From an uncultured Verrucomicrobiae bacterium (GTDB taxonomy: Bacteria; Verrucomicrobiota; Verrucomicrobiia; Chthoniobacterales; UBA10450): a stretch of 64,000 bases of DNA. The notes under the pieces are model-generated. The model was not told the origin of the DNA. It saw nothing but the letters and a program-made list of their open reading frames with translations, and did not search any database. Below are positions 30,533 through 41,237 of this stretch, in pieces (position 1 is the first letter of the stretch; each line of letters starts with the position of its first letter). Made by a program: the position numbers and the translations under genes. Where the stretch lies: assembly GCA_963815455.1 (NCBI GenBank), contig CAWFGO010000001.1, forward strand, positions 1,600,001 to 1,664,000. The letters run 5' to 3'.

Positions 30533-31512
30533 ATGCAACCGCTCGATTTCGAAAAGCCGATCTTTGAGTTGGAACGGCGTCTGCAGGATTTGAAGACCCA
30601 TTCGAACAAGCACGATGTCGATCTTGAGTCGGCGATCAAGGAGATCGAGGGAAAGATTCGGCAAAAGAAGAAGGACATTTACGGCAACTTGACCGCGTGG
30701 CAGCGGGTCCAGATCGCGCGGCACACGCAGCGGCCGTTTTCTCTGGATTACGTCGAGCGCTGTTTTACAAACTGGGTCGAACTGCACGGCGATCGTCATT
30801 TTGCCGACGATAAGGCGATGCCGAGCGGGCTCGCCATGCTCGGCTCGCGGCATTGCGTCGTCATCACCCACCAGAAAGGACGGAACACGAAGGAGAACGT
30901 GATGCGCAATTTCGGTTGCGCGCATCCGGAAGGTTATCGCAAAGCGCTCCGCTTGATGCGCCTGGCCGAAAAGTTCGGGATGCCGGTAATTTCGCTAATC
31001 GACACGCCCGGCGCATTTCCGGGTGTCGGGTCGGAGGAACGCCACATTTCCGAAGCGATCGCGGTGAACCTGCGCGAAATGATGACGTTGCGCGTGCCCA
31101 TCGTTACTGCCGTAATCGGCGAAGGCGGCTCGGGCGGCGCTTTGGGCATCGGCGTGGCCGATCGGGTATTGATCCTCGAGAACGCGTATTATTCAGTCAT
31201 TAGCCCAGAAGCGTGTTCCGCGATTTTATGGCGCGACCGGCGACACGCGGCCGAAGCCGCCGAAGCGCTCAAGCTTACCGCGCAGGATCTACTTAAGCTT
31301 CGGGTAGTGGATGAAATCGTGCCCGAACCTGAGGGCGGCGCCCATCACGATTACGATACGGTTGCGGCAAATCTCGGGACTGCGTTGCGCCAAATCTGGA
31401 AGGCTTGATGGAAACGCCGATCGATGATCTGCTCAAAAAGCGCTACCGGAAGTTCCGCGCGATCGGCAACTTCGAAGAGGAAAAAAGTTCAACGTCCTCT
31501 TCGCGTTCATGA
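30533..31512 (+). CDS. accA: acetyl-CoA carboxylase carboxyltransferase alpha; frameshift near 31393
   Basis: LDFEKPI, ELHGDR, PEGYRKALR, IDTPGA, IGEGGSGGA. The conserved tail DLLKKRYRKFRAIG follows in a shifted frame ending at TGA 31512. Confidence 0.95.
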
Positions 31513-32318
31513 CCTTCGCTGGCAGTGTCTGGCGAAGCATCGCCTCCCTCACTTTCGGATTCGCACTGTTCACCGGGGCGCAGGGCAGCGTTCGGGCATC
31601 CGACTTTCAATTTCATCGGGAAATATTCTCATTCGTTAACTCAACGGTGTTTGCCTATCATGACGGACAAATTGTCAGTCGGGGCAAAGCTGCCGGGAAA
31701 CAGAAGACCAAGCGATATACCAGACGCTGCTTTGTCATGAGCCGTGCAGTGTTGCAATTTCACAAATTTGCCCGGTTCGATCCGCGAGGCGCGCCGTTGG
31801 ATGACAAGACTTTGGCCAGACGAATTCGGCAGGTCGCGCACGAAGGCCCGTGGCATCCGGCGTTTCCGGACAACAAGCGAGTTGTGTTTCCGGGCTATTC
31901 CGATCTTCGCTCGATGAGCAAAGCTCGGGCGCGTGTGTTGCAGGAAAATCTCGGGCTGGGTTGGCCGACCTATCTGCGGGTTGGCAACGGCCGAATGTTT
32001 TACAAACATAATTTGAAATATCAGGCCCAGACCCAGGCAGATCTGGAGAAGACATTGGCGCGCGGCGACATGTTCGTGGCTTATCTGTCCGATTATCCGA
32101 CATTGCATATTAATCACGCCGTCCTGGTTTATGAGCGAAAGCCGGGCCGCGGGAAAAATGGCATTATTCGTTATCGTGTGTACGATCCGAATCATTCCGA
32201 CGCGCCGCGCGAATTGACCTGGTCGCCCTCCAAACGCGCGTTCAGCTTTGAGAAGGACGAAGAATTTGTCGGTGGTTTCACCAGGGTGTATCAGGTTTAC
32301 GGTAAGCCGTTTCAATAA
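31509..32318 (+). CDS. hypothetical exported protein, possibly papain-like fold
   Basis: Signal-like N-terminus; RRCFVM..NHAVLVY..YRVYDPN has Cys/His/Asp spacing reminiscent of papain-like enzymes. Confidence 0.6.
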   Translation: MTFAGSVWRSIASLTFGFALFTGAQGSVRASDFQFHREIFSFVNSTVFAYHDGQIVSRGKAAGKQKTKRYTRRCFVMSRAVLQFHKFARFDPRGAPLDDKTLARRIRQVAHEGPWHPAFPDNKRVVFPGYSDLRSMSKARARVLQENLGLGWPTYLRVGNGRMFYKHNLKYQAQTQADLEKTLARGDMFVAYLSDYPTLHINHAVLVYERKPGRGKNGIIRYRVYDPNHSDAPRELTWSPSKRAFSFEKDEEFVGGFTRVYQVYGKPFQ

Positions 32319-32450
32319 CCGACATGTCGGATCCCGTTCCAGCGCCCAGACCAGCCCCGCCCGCGCCGGGTCCACATCCAATTCCGCGTCCGGAGCCACT
32401 GCCGCCGAATCCGCCCGAACCACCGGCGAGAAGATAGAACCACCTGGCGC

Positions 32451-33257
32451 TCATCCGTGGGCGAGCGGAAACAGAAATCGCAGCGCGGGATCGAAACGGG
32501 CCGCCCATGCTCCCTCGCTGTGATCCGCGCCTTCGGCCTCCAGGTAATGAAGGTCGTGATACAATCTCCACCCTTTTTCAACCAAACGATTCCGTAACTC
32601 GCGCGCCTGCTCCCAGCCCGGTTCAGCCGTGCCGGTATCGAGCCAGATTTTCAACGGCGGTCGTTGTTCGATGGAATCGACCAGCCGATAAATCGCGAAA
32701 TCGTCCCACCAAATCGATGGTGACATCACCATCAGCCGGGTGAACGCGTGCGGGAACAAAATCCCGATCGCCAGTGTAACCAGTCCGCCCAGCGACGATC
32801 CGCCGAGTCCGGTAAATTCGGGCTCGCGCTTGGTCCGATATTTCTTGTCGATGTAAGGTTTGAGCTCGTCGATCAAAAATTGGCCGTAAAGACGGGCCAG
32901 TCCGCGGCTCCGTTTTTTTTGCTTCGCTTTGGCATCGATGACGCCTCGGGTCGGTGCGTATTCGTGGATCCGATCTTCGCCGGTGTTTGCCACCGCCACT
33001 ATGATGAGCGGTTCGACCAGTTTTTTGCCGATCAAGCGCTCGGCCGTTTCATCCACGTTCCATTCCACCCCGGCGAATGCCGTCGCCGCGTCGAAGACAT
33101 TTTGGCCGTCATGCAAATACAAGACTGGATACGTTGCCTTGGAAAATCGACTGTAACCCGGCGGCAGATACACCAGCACCTCGCGCTGGTTCCCCAGGAT
33201 CCTCGATGGAAATCTCGGCAGCCGTTTGATGTCGCCGGTGAGTGTGGGTTTGGCCAT
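32451..33257 (-). CDS. alpha/beta hydrolase, putative esterase family
   Basis: VYLPPGY, YPVLYLHDGQN, GGSSLGG, MSPS, HSEGAW. Confidence 0.9.
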   Translation of the reverse strand: MAKPTLTGDIKRLPRFPSRILGNQREVLVYLPPGYSRFSKATYPVLYLHDGQNVFDAATAFAGVEWNVDETAERLIGKKLVEPLIIVAVANTGEDRIHEYAPTRGVIDAKAKQKKRSRGLARLYGQFLIDELKPYIDKKYRTKREPEFTGLGGSSLGGLVTLAIGILFPHAFTRLMVMSPSIWWDDFAIYRLVDSIEQRPPLKIWLDTGTAEPGWEQARELRNRLVEKGWRLYHDLHYLEAEGADHSEGAWAARFDPALRFLFPLAHG

Positions 33258-33413
33258 GCAACGCGAGACGCATCGCCGAGGATGTCGATCTTGTCCAGAT
33301 TCGGCTCCACCGAACAAAGCGAAATTGCTTTGACAGAATTAACGGAATAAAAGCGAATGTTTAGCCGCCGGCCGTGATTCCGATAATCTTGTCGATCCTG
33401 CCTCGGAACCTAC

Positions 33414-34125
33414 ATGAACGAACGCTACATTAAATGGCACACATCCCTGGCTCAGTCGCGAGTTTGAAATGCTCGTGTTCGGAGATGGTGGCGGCCTTCC
33501 GCTGATTCTTTTTCCCACTTCGTTCGGCAGTTATTACCAGAACAAGGATTTCGGTCTGGTCGGTTCCGTTGCCGGTTACATTGATGCCGGGAGGCTGACC
33601 GTTTATTGCCCGGACGCGATCGATCTGGAAAGTTTCTACAACAAATCGATTCATCCGGCCGATCGGATGCGGACGCATAACGCTTATGAAAATGTGATCG
33701 TGCACGACGTGTTCGATCTGGCGCGGCGTGAATGCAATGCTCATCGGGTGGCAACCTGCGGCGCCAGTCTCGGCGCGTATCACGCTGGCAATATCGCGTT
33801 TCGTCATCCCGATCTGGTCAGCCACTTCATCAGCCTGAGCGGCTCGTTCGACATCAGTTCATTTTTCGACGGCTATCACGACGACAACATTTATTTCAAC
33901 AGCCCGTATGAATATCTGCCGAACACGACCGACCCGTGGAAATACAATCACATGGGCATCATCATCGGCACCGGCGAATGGGATAACACCCGCCACGAAT
34001 CGTTCCGGATGTCCGAGATTCTAAATTCGAAAGGCATTCAACATTGGCTGGACGACGGAAAATGGCGCGGCCACGATTGGAATTACTGGCGCGACATGCT
34101 GCCGTATTACTTGTCGACGATTTGA
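33414..34125 (+). CDS. putative esterase; frameshift near 33443
   Basis: ATG 33414 gives MNERYIKWH, which joins PWLSREFEMLVFG after removing one base; GASLGAYHA nucleophile elbow and GHDWNYW. Confidence 0.82.
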
Positions 34126-34131
34126 TTTGGT

Positions 34132-34217
34132 GGTAGAGCTCCGGGCGTCCGTCGAATTTCTCTTGCGCGGATCTGCCGCCGGCAATAAGTCGGACGGCTT
34201 GGAAATCCGTCCCTACC
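34132..34217. repeat. GTAG-type REP-like element
   Basis: ggtagagctccgggcgtccg..cggacggc..ccgtccctacc; related to 37541-37661. Confidence 0.65.
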
Positions 34218-34227
34218 TGAATACGTT

Positions 34228-35190
34228 ATGAAAAAAATCGGAATACTTTTTGGCCAGGAACACAGTTTCCCGCCGGCGTTTGTCGAGCGGGTGAACCAGA
34301 AAACAGGCGGCAAGGACATCGTCGCCGAGTTCGTGAAGATCGACAAAGTGATCCAGGGTGAGCCGTGCGGCTACGATGTGGTGATCGACCGCATCTCGCA
34401 GGATGTTCCGTTTTATCGCGCGTGGCTAAAGAACGAGGCGCTAACCGGCTGCGCCGTGGTCAACAATCCCTTCTGGTGGAGCGCCGACGAAAAATTTTTC
34501 AATAACGCGCTCGCCACCAAGATTGGCGTGGCGGTTCCGCGCACGGTCTTGCTGCCATCGAACCAGCCTCCGCCCGACACGAACGACAAATCATTTCGTA
34601 ACCTCGAGTATCCGCTCGATTGGGAAGGAATTTTCAGCTATGTCGGCTGGCCGGCATTTTTCAAACCGTTCGCGGGTGGTGGCTGGAAGAACGTATACCG
34701 GTTGCACAACCCCGAAGAATTTTACCGCGCCTACAATGAGACTGGCCATCTGGTGATGATGTTGCAGGAGGAAGTGAAATTCGACATGTACTTCCGCTGT
34801 TACTCGATTGATCAACGTCACGTGCGGATCATGCCCTACGAGCCGCGGCATCCTTATCATTTGCGCTATCAAACCGAGTGGCAGGCGCCGAAGGACGTTT
34901 TGCAAAAGGTGGAAGAGGGCGTGCTTACCCTGAATCAATTTCTCGGTTACGACTTGAACACGGTTGAGTTCGCCATCCGCGACGGCGTGCCAGTGGCGAT
35001 CGATTTTTGCAATCCCGCGCCGGATGCGGAAGCAAGCAACGTAGGCCAGGCAAATTTTGAATGGGTGGTGGAAGCGGTGTCCGACATGGCCATTCGCAAA
35101 GCGCGGGTGCACCAGCCCGGCCAGGATAATTTGAGCTGGGGCAAGTTCGTGCACGCCGCAGTGTTGAAACGTTCTCTGGGCGAACTGTAA
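34228..35190 (+). CDS. RimK-like ATP-grasp protein
   Basis: VIDRIS, VVNNPF, VPRTVLL, FFKPFAGGGWKNV, LQE, TVEFA, IDFCNPAP. Confidence 0.85.
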   Translation: MKKIGILFGQEHSFPPAFVERVNQKTGGKDIVAEFVKIDKVIQGEPCGYDVVIDRISQDVPFYRAWLKNEALTGCAVVNNPFWWSADEKFFNNALATKIGVAVPRTVLLPSNQPPPDTNDKSFRNLEYPLDWEGIFSYVGWPAFFKPFAGGGWKNVYRLHNPEEFYRAYNETGHLVMMLQEEVKFDMYFRCYSIDQRHVRIMPYEPRHPYHLRYQTEWQAPKDVLQKVEEGVLTLNQFLGYDLNTVEFAIRDGVPVAIDFCNPAPDAEASNVGQANFEWVVEAVSDMAIRKARVHQPGQDNLSWGKFVHAAVLKRSLGEL

Positions 35191-35198
35191 AATCTAAT

Positions 35199-35335
35199 TG
35201 TTATCCTGAGCAGAGCGAAGGATCCCACGAATACAGGCAACGTTTACGAGCGATCCTAGGATCATATGCTCAGTGTGGTTGAGTGGTGGGGTGCGTTCGC
35301 GGGATCCCTCGTTGTCTGCGCAACTCGGGATGACA
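35199..35335. repeat. REP-like inverted pair (TGTCATCC family)
   Basis: tgttatcctgagcagagcgaaggatccc ... gggatccctcg..ctcgggatgaca. Confidence 0.8.
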
Positions 35336-35369
35336 GATTGCAGTTTTTAAGGCACAATTGCGCCCCGCC

Positions 35370-36494
35370 ATGAGCGCCAAAGATCACAAATTCACGCTCG
35401 GTATCGAAGAGGAATTCGCGATTGTCGATCCTGTCACCCGCGAATTGCGGTCGCACATCCAGGAAATTCTCGAGGGCGGCAAGGTTGTGCTCAAAGAGCA
35501 GATCAAGCCGGAGATGCATCAATCCGTGGTCGAATTGGGCACCGAAGTTTGCGACTCGATCGAGCATGCCCGCGCCCACGTGATCGAGTTGCGCAGCAAG
35601 CTGGCCGAACTGGCCGGACGGGCCGGCTTGAAGATCGCTTCCTCCGGCACGCATCCGTTTTCGCACTGGCGTGATCAGGAGATCACCGAGGGCGAACGTT
35701 ACGTCGATATCGTCCGCGACATGCAATTGCTCGCCCGCGCCAACCTCATCTTCGGCCTGCACGTGCATATCGGCATTCCCGACCGGAACAGCGCCATCCA
35801 TGTGATGAACCAGGTCCGCTATTTTTTGCCGCACATTTACGCGCTCTCGGTCAATTCGCCGTTTTGGGTCGGGCACGACACGGGTCTAAAAGGTTATCGC
35901 CTGAAAGTGTTCGAACGTTTCCCCCGGACCGGCATTCCCGATTCGTTCGACTCGCTTTCCGAGTACGAAGATTACTGCAAACTGCTGGTGAAAACCGGTT
36001 GCATCGACAATCCCAAGAAAATCTGGTGGGACATTCGGCTGCATCCATTCTTCGACACCCTGGAGATGCGAGTATGCGACGCGCAATCGCGGGTGGATGA
36101 CACGATTGCGATCGCGGCCCTGATCCAAGCCGTCATCTCGAAACTCTTCAAGCTGTTCTGGCAAAACACGACGTTTCGGATTTATCGCCGCCGTCTCCTG
36201 GATGAAAACCGCTGGCGCGCCTCCCGCTACGGCATCGGTGGAAAATTGATCGATTTCGGCAGGGAAACCGAAGTCGAGACGCGAAGTTTGCTGGACGAGC
36301 TGTTGCAGTTCGTTTCGACCGAAGTCAAAGAGTTCGGCACCCAAAAGGAGATGGCGCATGTCGAACGGATCATGCGTGAAGGCACCGGCGCGGATCGACA
36401 GCTCGCAGTTTACGAACGCACCCAGGACATGAAAGCCGTTGTCGATCATATCGTGGCGGAGACCTACGACGGGTTAACTTTTGCGCGTGCCTGA
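35370..36494 (+). CDS. carboxylate-amine ligase (YbdK/GCS2 family)
   Basis: TLGIEEEF, SVVELGT, GTHPF, FGLHVHIG, NSPFW, WWDIR, TLEMRVCD, ENRWRASRYG. Confidence 0.92.
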   Translation: MSAKDHKFTLGIEEEFAIVDPVTRELRSHIQEILEGGKVVLKEQIKPEMHQSVVELGTEVCDSIEHARAHVIELRSKLAELAGRAGLKIASSGTHPFSHWRDQEITEGERYVDIVRDMQLLARANLIFGLHVHIGIPDRNSAIHVMNQVRYFLPHIYALSVNSPFWVGHDTGLKGYRLKVFERFPRTGIPDSFDSLSEYEDYCKLLVKTGCIDNPKKIWWDIRLHPFFDTLEMRVCDAQSRVDDTIAIAALIQAVISKLFKLFWQNTTFRIYRRRLLDENRWRASRYGIGGKLIDFGRETEVETRSLLDELLQFVSTEVKEFGTQKEMAHVERIMREGTGADRQLAVYERTQDMKAVVDHIVAETYDGLTFARA

Positions 36495-36520
36495 TTTCTG
36501 CGTAACTCTGAGAACTTTCC

Positions 36521-37540
36521 ATGCCCGATCGAGTATATCTTCATCCAATTGACCCGGAATTGATGCCGGGTGCGCGCAACGCGATCGAGGTTTGCCTGCA
36601 GTTGAAACCAGAGGAGCGGATCACGATCATCACCGATACAGCGACGCGCGAAATCGCGGCGGCATTGCAAAAGGAAGTGGAACGTGCCGGTTCGGACTAC
36701 AGTTTGTTCGTGCTCGAACATCACGCGCGCCGCCCGCTGAAGTTCATGCCGGAAATCATCCTCGAAGACCTGGCCCTTTCGCAGGTCTCGATCTTCGCCG
36801 CCCAGAGCCAGCCGGGCGAACTCTTTTCTCGCACCCAAATGACAGCCGTGGTCAACAAACACAAAATTCGCCACGGCCACATGGTGAACATCAACCGCGA
36901 AATAATGCTCGAAGGCATGCGCGCCGATTTTCACGCGATTGATGCCTTGAGCGAACGGCTGGTCGAACGCGCCCGCCAGGCAGAACGGATCGTATGCAAG
37001 ACGCCGCGCGGAACGGAATTCGAAGCAGAACTCTCGCCCAAACTAAAATGGCTGAAGACCAGCGGCATCATCACGAAAGACAAGTGGGGTAATTTGCCTG
37101 GCGGCGAGATTTTTACCGCGCCAATGAATACCAATGGCACATTCGTCGTTGACGGCGTGGTTGGCGATTATCTTTGCGAACGCTACGGCGATTTGAAAGA
37201 GAGCCCGTTGACGATTGAAGTGGAAAATAATCGCATTGTCGATCTTCGGTCGGAAAACAAGGACCTGCGGGATGATTTCCGGCTTTACACCAGCAGCGAT
37301 GAAAACAGCAACCGCGTCGGCGAATTCGCCATCGGCACCAACACGGCATGCACCCATGTCATTGGCCACATCCTTCAGGACGAAAAAATCCCGGGCGTTC
37401 ACATCGCCTTCGGTCATCCATACGCCGAGCACACCGGAGCGGATTGGGTTTCCGAAACGCATATTGACTGTGTCGGCCGCGACTTCGACATCTGGTTCGA
37501 CGACGACAAGGTGATGCAGGGCGGGAAATTTTTGGTTTGA
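36521..37540 (+). CDS. M29-family (thermophilic) aminopeptidase
   Basis: NLPGGEIFTAP, GTFVVDG, VGEFAIGTN, DEKIPGVHIAFG, HID. Confidence 0.88.
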   Translation: MPDRVYLHPIDPELMPGARNAIEVCLQLKPEERITIITDTATREIAAALQKEVERAGSDYSLFVLEHHARRPLKFMPEIILEDLALSQVSIFAAQSQPGELFSRTQMTAVVNKHKIRHGHMVNINREIMLEGMRADFHAIDALSERLVERARQAERIVCKTPRGTEFEAELSPKLKWLKTSGIITKDKWGNLPGGEIFTAPMNTNGTFVVDGVVGDYLCERYGDLKESPLTIEVENNRIVDLRSENKDLRDDFRLYTSSDENSNRVGEFAIGTNTACTHVIGHILQDEKIPGVHIAFGHPYAEHTGADWVSETHIDCVGRDFDIWFDDDKVMQGGKFLV

Positions 37541-37661
37541 GGCAGGGACGCACCTCCGGGGCGTCCGTCGAATTGATTTCGCTGGCGCGAACCGCGCAGA
37601 AACAGCAAAAATAAGTGGGACGGTTCCCGCCGCGGCGGATAAACTGCAAGCCGTCCCTACC
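37541..37661. repeat. GTAG-type REP-like element with nested ccgccgcggcgg palindrome
   Basis: ggcagggacg..gcgtccgtcgaatt..gggacgg..ccgtccctacc; shares three blocks with 34132-34217. Confidence 0.65.
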
Positions 37662-37663
37662 TG

Positions 37664-38884
37664 ATGGATCCGGAACTTCGCTCTCGCTTCAACGCTGATT
37701 TCACGCCGGAGAAGTATGCCGCGCTCGTTCGTTGCGTAAACGAAACCGAAAAATGGCCGGCAGATTTTCGCGTTTCGGAGACGCCGATTTTTTTGACGCG
37801 CGAGTTTACGGATGAATTAACCCGGGCTGCGACCAGGATTGTCGATCTTACCCGGACGCCGGAATTCGCGAAGCATTCCGAGAACGCGATTCCGAAAGGC
37901 CTGGAGGTGCCCAATGAATCGGCGCATCCAAATTTCCTGGTGGTCGATTTCGGTGTTTGCGCGGAGGGCGGCCGCCTGGTGCCGCGCTTGATCGAATTGC
38001 AGGCGTTTCCCAGTCTATTCGGTTTTCAATTGCTCGTCCTGCATTGCCTGCGCCAGGCGTATCCGGTTATCCCGCGGAATTGGACGTCATCCTTCGGCGG
38101 GATGAAGGACGATGCCTACCTGGAATTGCTGCGGCGCACAATTTTGGGCGATGTCGATCCTGAGAATGTGATCCTGCTCGAGATCGAGCCGGAGAAACAG
38201 AAGACGAGAGTCGATTTCGCAGCTACTGAGAGATTGCTCGGCATCCGCCCGATTTGCCTCACGAAGATTAGGAAGCGCGGCCGCCAATTATTTTACGATC
38301 GCGATGGACGCGATGTGCGGATCGAACGGATTTACAATCGAGTTATTTTTGACGAGTTAATGCGCCGCCCCGATCTTGAGTTCCCCTTTCGACTTCAAGA
38401 CGATCTCGATGTCACCTGGGCCGGCCATCCCAACTGGTATTTCCGAATCAGCAAACATTCGCTGCCGTTTCTGAAGACCGAGCATACATCGCCGGCGTTT
38501 TTTGCGGATGAATTTCCCGCCTTCGCCAAGGCTACGGCGGGCAGGCCCGCCGCCGATAACATCGACAATTACGTTTTGAAGCCGCTCTACTCATTCGCCG
38601 GTCTGGGCGTGGACATGGACCCCACGCAGGAAAAAATCGCTGCGCTGGAGAATGCCCACGAATGGATTCTGCAACGCAAAGTTCATTACGAGCCATTCGT
38701 TTTAACGGTGGACGGCTTGAAGTCGAAAGCTGAGATCCGAATGATGTTTCTCTGGCCGGAAGAAGATCGACATCCGACGCTGGTCAACAATTTGGTCCGG
38801 ATGAGCCAGGGCAAAATGATGGGCGTCGATTTCAACAAGGACAAGACGTGGGTCGGTTCGAGCATCGCACTGCACGAAGCTTGA
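37664..38884 (+). CDS. circularly permuted ATP-grasp-like (glutathione synthetase-like) protein
   Basis: VDFG..PRLIELQ early, IYNRVIFDE, then YVLKPLYSFAGLGV and WILQRKV: permuted ATP-grasp motif order. Confidence 0.7.
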   Translation: MDPELRSRFNADFTPEKYAALVRCVNETEKWPADFRVSETPIFLTREFTDELTRAATRIVDLTRTPEFAKHSENAIPKGLEVPNESAHPNFLVVDFGVCAEGGRLVPRLIELQAFPSLFGFQLLVLHCLRQAYPVIPRNWTSSFGGMKDDAYLELLRRTILGDVDPENVILLEIEPEKQKTRVDFAATERLLGIRPICLTKIRKRGRQLFYDRDGRDVRIERIYNRVIFDELMRRPDLEFPFRLQDDLDVTWAGHPNWYFRISKHSLPFLKTEHTSPAFFADEFPAFAKATAGRPAADNIDNYVLKPLYSFAGLGVDMDPTQEKIAALENAHEWILQRKVHYEPFVLTVDGLKSKAEIRMMFLWPEEDRHPTLVNNLVRMSQGKMMGVDFNKDKTWVGSSIALHEA

Positions 38885-38913
38885 TCCGCGGATTTACGCA
38901 GATTGTTTCTGCA

Positions 38914-39098
38914 AGATCCTTCGACTCAAGATGACAAGGGAAGCAATGTCGGGTCATCCCGAACCGCGCGGGCGGTGAGGGATCTCGCAGTCGGCCAAAC
39001 TGCACGCAGGCGGTTATGACCCGTTGCCGGGTGCATCGATTCCCTAGTGCGACAATTCAAGGCGCACTCGCGGGGTCCTTCGCTTCGCTCAGGATGAC
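38914..39098. repeat. REP-like cluster (TGTCATCC family); last unit contains the kbl stop codon
   Basis: agatccttcgactcaagatgac, gtcatcccgaacc..gagggatctc, ggggtccttcgcttcgctcaggatgac (the last identical to the 14737 unit). Confidence 0.8.
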
Positions 39099-40282
39099 GA
39101 ATCGCGGAGTTCCCGGTTTACTTCGGCGAAGGCGTTGACGGCGAATTCCAAATCTTCGCGGGAATGGGCGGCAGAAACCTGGGTGCGAACTCGCGCGGTG
39201 CCATGGGGCACGACCGGATAAAAGAAACCGATGACGTAAACGCCTTTGTCCAGCATGCGGGCGGCGAACTTTTGCGATTTGGCGGCGTCGCCGATCATGA
39301 TCGGAACGATGGGATGCGTGCCGGGTTTGATCGTCAGGCCGCGTTCGGTTAGAGCGGCCCGAAAGTATTTTGTGTTTTCTTCGAGTTTGTCGCGCAGTTC
39401 GGTGGACGCGCTCAAAAGTTCGAGCGCCTTCAGAGACGCGGCCACGACCGGCGGCGCAATCGTGTTTGAAAACAAGTAGGGTCGGGATCGCTGGCGGAGA
39501 AGATCGACAATCTGTTTGCGGCCGCTGGTAAATCCGCCGCTGGCGCCGCCGAGCGCCTTTCCGAGCGTGCCGGTGATGATGTCGATCTTGCCCATGACCC
39601 CGCGATATTCGTGGGTGCCGCGTCCGGTCTTGCCGAGGAATCCGGTGGCGTGGGCGTCGTCGATCATGGTGAGCGCGTTGTATTTCTCGGCAAGATCGAC
39701 AATTTCCTTCAAGCTCGCGATGGTCCCGTCCATCGAGAAACAGCCATCGGTGGCGATTAGCCGGAACCGCGCATCTTTCGCCGCGCCCAACTGCGCTTCG
39801 AGATCGGTCATGTCGTTGTGCTTGTAACGGAAGCGTTGGGCCTTGCAGAGCCGGACACCATCGATGATCGAGGCGTGATTCAATTCATCGCTGATGATCG
39901 CGTCCTTGTCGGTGAGAAGCGTTTCGAACAAGCCGCCGTTCGCATCGAAGCATGACGGATAAAGAATCGTGTCTTCGGTGCCGAGGAATTTCGTCAGCGC
40001 TGCCTCGAGTTCCTTGTGAATGTCCTGAGTGCCGCAAATGAAACGGACGCTGGCCATGCCGAAGCCGTGGGTGTCGAGGGCTTCCTTTGCCGCGGCGATG
40101 AGCGCGGGATGATCGGCCAGGCCGAGATAATTATTCGCGCACATGTTAAGAACGCGTTTGCCGCCGGTGATCGCAATGTGCGCGTCCTGCGGACTGGTGA
40201 TGACCCGTTCGGTCTTGAAGAGGCCCTGCGATTTTATCTCTTCGATGGTCTGAGAAATCTGTTTTTCGAATTCAGCGATCAT
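39089..40282 (-). CDS. kbl: glycine C-acetyltransferase (2-amino-3-ketobutyrate CoA ligase)
   Basis: [59 protein letters not shown]. Confidence 0.95.
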   Translation of the reverse strand: MIAEFEKQISQTIEEIKSQGLFKTERVITSPQDAHIAITGGKRVLNMCANNYLGLADHPALIAAAKEALDTHGFGMASVRFICGTQDIHKELEAALTKFLGTEDTILYPSCFDANGGLFETLLTDKDAIISDELNHASIIDGVRLCKAQRFRYKHNDMTDLEAQLGAAKDARFRLIATDGCFSMDGTIASLKEIVDLAEKYNALTMIDDAHATGFLGKTGRGTHEYRGVMGKIDIITGTLGKALGGASGGFTSGRKQIVDLLRQRSRPYLFSNTIAPPVVAASLKALELLSASTELRDKLEENTKYFRAALTERGLTIKPGTHPIVPIMIGDAAKSQKFAARMLDKGVYVIGFFYPVVPHGTARVRTQVSAAHSREDLEFAVNAFAEVNRELRDSSS

Positions 40283-40402
40283 CTCGAAGTTGTACGAAAG
40301 AGATGCGCGCGATGCAAAGCCCTTTGGCCGGGCCAGCGCATTCGCATAGAAAAAGCGCTTGCGCAGTTTTGTGAATAGCTGTTAATAACTTTCCAATCCC
40401 CC

Positions 40403-41122
40403 TTGCGTAACCCCCAGCGCATATTTGCTCAATTTGCCGCGATCGGTGCATTCTTGCTGAGTGCATGCGAAACGACTACACGGGCTTTGCCTCAATACGA
40501 GTCGCGTTTGCCCCAGAGCGATTTTCAAACTGTGCGGACCACGGCCTACACGCATACGGAATCGGATCATCGCCAATTCAGCAATCGCAACGCGCTTGGC
40601 GGCGAATTGCATGCCGCCGGACCGGCGATTCGGCGGGCCGAAAACATCAGTCGCGCGATTGAGGCTTCCGAGAATGATAGTTCCGCCTTGCGGCAGGCAT
40701 CGAATTCCGGCGCACCGCTACAGCCGTTCTCGATGGAACCTGTGGCAAGGCGAGTGACCGCGGCGGCAACAGCAACAAGATCGACATATGCTTTGCCGCG
40801 ATCGGGTGTTTACGGGAGCGCGGCGGCCGATTGGTCGCGCTGGCCCGCCGGCACGATCTTCCGTTTGCTTTCCACCGGGCAAGTCTATCGCGTAGACGAT
40901 TACGGGTGGGCGCTGGCCGGGCGAAACACGATCGACCTTTACATGGCGAACCAGCGGGAAATGAACAACTGGGGCGTGCGGCAGGAATCGATTCAAGTCC
41001 TACAATGGGGCGATCCGCAGGAAAGTTTGCGGTTGCTCGGTCCGCATCAGGAACATCCACAAATCAAGCGGATGATTCTTGAGTTACAGGGGCGAGAGCG
41101 AGAAGCGGCTGAGATGCGGTAG
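40403..41122 (+). CDS. 3D-domain lipoprotein
   Basis: LLSAC lipobox, VRTTAYT, AAADW..GT, VDDYG..IDLY. Confidence 0.8.
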   Translation: MRNPQRIFAQFAAIGAFLLSACETTTRALPQYESRLPQSDFQTVRTTAYTHTESDHRQFSNRNALGGELHAAGPAIRRAENISRAIEASENDSSALRQASNSGAPLQPFSMEPVARRVTAAATATRSTYALPRSGVYGSAAADWSRWPAGTIFRLLSTGQVYRVDDYGWALAGRNTIDLYMANQREMNNWGVRQESIQVLQWGDPQESLRLLGPHQEHPQIKRMILELQGREREAAEMR

Positions 41123-41144
41123 TTGTTCCAAGCCGCTTGTACAA

Positions 41145-41178
41145 AAGAAAGCTCGCCGTGCGGCGAGCTCACTTTCTT
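41145..41178. terminator. probable bidirectional terminator
   Basis: aagaaagctcgccg-tg-cggcgagctcactttctt hairpin between convergent genes. Confidence 0.65.
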
Positions 41179-41237
41179 ACCTGAACCGCTGTGCGGGATC
41201 GGACCGCATTACGGTTTCGGTTCTACGATTTAGCGGC

